Shown here one piece after another: positions 58,322 to 64,000 of a stretch of 64,000 nucleotides of DNA (positions are counted from its first letter, which is position 1; each line of letters starts with the position of its first letter). Both the position numbers and the translations under genes were made by a program. The notes beneath the pieces are model-generated. The model searched no databases and was not told where the DNA came from. It saw nothing but the letters and a program-made list of their open reading frames with translations. This stretch comes from Octopus vulgaris (lineage: Eukaryota), in NCBI GenBank assembly GCA_951406725.2, contig OX597820.1, forward strand, positions 125,426,001-125,490,000. The letters are read 5' to 3'.

Positions 58322-58780
58322 CATACATACACATACATATATATATATATGCACATACATACACATATGTATATATACATATATATATATATGCATGGAT
58401 GGATGTATATATGCATGTATGCGTGTGTGTGTATGTATATATGTATGTATATATTGTAATAATTTGTAATTGTAAGAGCCAATGATCTAGGTGTAGAAAT
58501 TCTGTAAGCTCCGATCACCCGTAGTAGGTGTAAAAAACAATTTTCAGGAACAATAATAATCTATTGGATAGAGGGTTGTAGGATTTTCGTATATCGAAGT
58601 TCGATAAGGTGCTCAAAGCCTTTTAATAGGTCACCGTTAGCATATAGGTTTACTATGAATGCGAATAAAAATCCAAATTGAAAGAATGGAGGAGATATAA
58701 TACACATACACGTATATGTAGTATACGTTTAATAATACACAAGTATACGTACAAGCATACACACATGCATACATACATAC

Positions 58781-58854
<74 letters not shown>

Positions 58855-59349
58855 AGGTAATGTTGTTCGCCGATATAAAAGTATGTAATATATGATTATT
58901 CTTCGAAAAAACGCCTAATTCACTAGATGCATTTGTTTTGCTTTGGAATAAAATAGCTTTTGTCGATGTTTAAGATGAAGTGGACCAATTTCCAAACCGC
59001 CAGTTTCTGATGAGCAATTGATTAATAATGTGGAAACATTTCAGTTGGATGTCTGTTCAAAAATTTCGATAGAAAATCAGTAAATATATATAAAGTCAGT
59101 AAATGAATAGTTATTTTTAATGATTCATACACCTGACTTAATTTCAGGCCTAGCTGAATTTTCTTTCCACAATTTAAGTAACAGAAAAATGTTATGACCT
59201 AAGGAAACTTATTAATTTTGCTATTATGTCACTATGAATATTCATAAAAAATAGATGTAAGAAAACTTACTTCAAAAATTCGGTAACGAAAACTACTTTG
59301 TTACCGTTGTATAAATTTGTTAGAGTCAATAATATTATCTCCATTTACA

Positions 59350-59408
<59 letters not shown>

Positions 59409-60285
59409 TATGGAAATGTAGTAGTTGCTAATGTTGGAAATATTAGCAGAAAAATCAACTATTAGCAAATGGGGGGCAATGAGATGATTAAGAAAGCATC
59501 TGAAGGAAATGTTTAATTAAAATCTAAAATAATTAAACGCCTGGAAGCTAACACAATTGCATTAGAAAATGCGGAACAAGAACTAGATTATGCTTATAAA
59601 GTAAAACAACTTTACGTATGTCTTCAGGATTTAAATGAAAAACATAAAAAAATATGTTCCCTAGGAAAATAACAATCTTCTGTAACGTAAACAACGGTTA
59701 AGCACTTTGAAATAATTGTTTACACATCAGGTATCAGTAGTTAATGGATTCTGCAGTAATGTATCCGATATGTATCTGTGAGAGATTTCAATTTTGGAAA
59801 GACCGGCTAAAAAGTTTTGGAAGAAGGTGGCTAATGACATTGTTGTAAAAAATTAAATGATATCAATTCGAAGTTCACTCATTAATTTTATTCCAATTAA
59901 AGAATGGTTGTGTTTCTATGAATCAAAATAGTTTCCAAAAGTACGTTTGTGCCCCAGTATAATATGAATATTTTAATATATACGAGTAACATTGTTTCGA
60001 TTATATTTACACTCTATGCTATATTAAATAATGATCCATTAGGCACAGGTTACAGAGCACACAAGTGCGTTTACGTTCTACAATGACTTTATGTATTTTC
60101 GATGCATTTTGAGAATCACACACACCCAGTCATGCACACTACACACGCGCATGCGCCCACACATAAACAAGCACACATAGACACACATCTCCATCAGCAT
60201 GTACACGACTATATGGTTTCTACTTAGTTCCATAAAAGTCTCATGACTGCCAAATATCGCCATGCTGGCAGGTTTTATATATTTT

Positions 60286-60442
60286 GGCTGAACCCGGAGA
60301 CATGTTGTTGAGAAGTTTGCTTCCCAACAACATGGTTCCAGGTTCTTGCCAGTATGGGATAACATCGGCAATGGCTACTAAAGACTCAGGTCAGCCAAAC
60401 ACTTGTGAGTGGATTTAGTTGATGGTAACTGTGAAGTCTGTC

Positions 60443-60445
<3 letters not shown>
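60286..60445 (+). mobile_element. SINE family A head with an inverted head duplication
   Basis: cttcccaacaacatggttccaggttc…cttgtgagtggatttagttgatggtaactg, preceded by its own reverse complement. Confidence 0.65.
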
Positions 60446-60484
<39 letters not shown>

Positions 60485-61049
60485 GAAACTAATAAGTTTT
60501 TAAAAATCTGTGATAAGACCGTGCATCATCATTAATGAACTTTGAAAACTGTTTACAACCTATATCTGCCTCTAATGGAATTATCTCCAATATTTCATGA
60601 GTATAACCTCACCCACTAAGATGTTAGGAGAACTCATATGTATTTTAGCTGATGAGTACGGGACACTTTTATCTGTTGCAAATTTTGCAACTTGTAATAA
60701 AGCCTGTCTTTGTTTGAAACAATTGTACTAAAAACTAATCCATTCTTGTTGCTTCTTTCTCGTATATATATATATATGTATGTATGTATATATATATATA
60801 TATATTCCCAAAACACCACACACACACAACGTACATGCACATGTACGCACACACACCCACACACCCCCACACCCCCACAAGCACAAACACACATGCCCGT
60901 GCACACACACCAGGGACAATACTCATACAGATACGCACACTCCTATAAACACCTAGCTGAGAAGCACAGATACACGCACGTAAGCGCACACACGCACATA
61001 ATCACGCGCATGTACCTTACGCCCACACAACTCCACCCCACTCACACGC

Positions 61050-61211
61050 ATACATTCACACACACACACATACATACGTACACACACATAATGCATACAT
61101 AGATTCATTCATACATACATACACACACATACATACATACATACATTCATACATACATACACACAGACATGCATACACACACATACATACATACACATAC
61201 ACATACACACA

Positions 61212-61245
<34 letters not shown>

Positions 61246-62314
61246 TACATATACATACATACATACATACATACACACACATACATATACATACATACAT
61301 ACACACACATACCCACACACACACGCACGCACACATACATACATACATACACATACATACACACACACATACATACATACATACATACATACATACATAC
61401 ACACACGTACACACATACATGCATACATACATACATACACACATACATACACACATACACACACATACAAACATACATACACACAATACATAAACACACA
61501 CATACACATACATACATACACACACATACACACATACACTACACATACATATACATACATACACATACACACACATACACACATACACGTATACCCACAT
61601 ACATACATACATACACACACATACACACATACACACGCACATACATACACACACACGCACTTACATATATACATACACACACACATACATACACACACAT
61701 ACACACATACATACACACATACATACACACACATACATACATACATACACACATACTTACATACACACACGCATACATACATATACATACACACACACAC
61801 ACACATATACACACATACACACATACATACATAAACACACGCATACATACACACATACATACATAGACACATATATACATACACACACATACATATACAT
61901 ACACACATACAGACACACACATGCACACATACACGCATGCACACATACATACATACACATACATACACACACATACACATACACACACATACATACACAG
62001 ACACATACATATACACACATACGTACACACACGCACATACACACACACATACATATACATACATACAGACAGACACACACATGCACACATACACGCATGC
62101 ACACATACATACATACACATACATACTCACACACACATACACACACATACATAATATACACACATACACATTCACACATACATACATACATACATAGATA
62201 CATACATACGCAAATATACATATACATACATACACACACGCATGCACACACACATACACACACACGCACGCACACATACATACATACACACACATACATA
62301 CACACACACGAACA

Positions 62315-62346
<32 letters not shown>

Positions 62347-63700
62347 ACACATACATACACACACATACATACATACATACACACACATACTCACACACAC
62401 ATACATACATACATAAGCACATACATACACACACATATACACACACACACACATACACACACATATATATACATACATACACACATACGTACATACATAC
62501 ACACATACACACACACACTTACACACATACACACACACATACATACATACGTACGTACATACATACACACACATACATATATAAACACACATACATACAT
62601 ACATACACACATACACACAGATACACACATGCATACATACACGCATAAATACACACATACACACACACATACACCCACACATACACACATACATACATAC
62701 ACACACGCATACATATACATACATACATATACACACATACACACATACACACATACATACATACACACATACATACACACATACATACATACATAGATAC
62801 ATACACACACACGCACATACATATGCATACATACATACACACATGCACACATACACGCAGGCACACATACATACATACACATACACTTACAAACACACAC
62901 ATATACACACATACACTCACACACATACATACATACACACACATACATACAAACATACATACACACATACACACACATACACACATACATACATACACAC
63001 ACGCATACATATACACACATACTTACACATACACACATACACACATACAAACACACACACACATACGCACACACATTCTTACATATATACATACATACAC
63101 ATACATACACATACATATACATACATACACATACATACACACATACACGCATGCACACATACATACACATACACACACATACATACACACACACTTACAC
63201 ACATACATACATACATACACGCATATAAACATATAAGCACATATATAAGCCTCCACATTGTACACACACGCACACATATATACATACATTCACTCGCTCG
63301 CACGTACACACATACGCACACACACATTTACATATATATATACTATACACGCACACACACATACACACGTACAAACACACACAAACTCACATACACACCG
63401 ACAGATATACATACACAATATACACCTATCCGCGCACACACTCATACACATAAACACACACAGACGCACACATACACGCACACACATACCCGTACATTCA
63501 TATACACTCACACAAATGAACCCACACATACATCCCTATACACACACACGCACGTACAAGCACACACGCACACATACACTAGGTTAAGCACAGTTACTCG
63601 CCACACACCCAAACTCTACGCATAGACACACGAACACACACATGCACACACACACACTACAAACAACACACACACATGATACATATACTTACACGCACAC
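61050..63700. repeat. About 2.6-kb complex (CA)/(CATA) simple-sequence tract
   Basis: Top strand almost entirely C/A/T, built from CA and CATA units; a ~60-bp block recurs near 61905 and 62069. Confidence 0.97.
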
Positions 63701-64000
63701 ACATATACCCCTTTGTTTTTTGACCTGGTTTTGACCTGGCTGGATACAAACAAGCTAGCTGTCATAAAGGAGTGCCTTTTTGACAGCTAACTTGCCATGC
63801 TTATTATTCACCATACATACACACACACACACACGCACGCACGCACAAACACACTTGTCATCCTTGCACACACACACACACACGCACCCACACACATACC
63901 TTGTCTTTGAAACTCTCTTGTTTTTAAAAATCATGATTCGTCTACCTCTCAACTTCTGTTCTTTCAACATGTGATCTCTTGAGCACCACCAGCAAAAATA

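Noticed and set aside
59530-59672. Short coiled-coil-like frame KRLEANTIALENAEQELDY…
   Set aside because: No splice signals, bounded by stops and no recognisable family.

Overview
AT-rich, microsatellite-dense animal DNA, very probably octopus or another coleoid cephalopod (inferred from the tRNA-SINE families and the (TA)n/(CA)n load). Only two host coding exons are supportable: 37206-37376 and 52976-53114 (+). They splice in frame and encode the cytoplasmic coiled-coil tail of a GABA-B receptor subunit 2 (GABBR2-like), so most of the window is probably intron. The rest is decayed mobile DNA: five Tc1/mariner copies, R4/Dong-type, CR1-type and RTE-type LINE fragments, Penelope-like element (PLE) relics, three tRNA-SINE families and many simple repeats. 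Most notable are a 317-bp, ~97% identical inverted repeat in the GABBR2 intron whose left arm carries an 11-bp target-site duplication (a locally templated inverted insertion and predicted ADAR substrate), several hammerhead-ribozyme-like motifs including one with intact core motifs in a permuted arrangement, and a pre-miRNA-sized intronic hairpin. All alignments and family calls were made by eye from remembered motifs; no searches were run, and boundaries of decayed elements are approximate.
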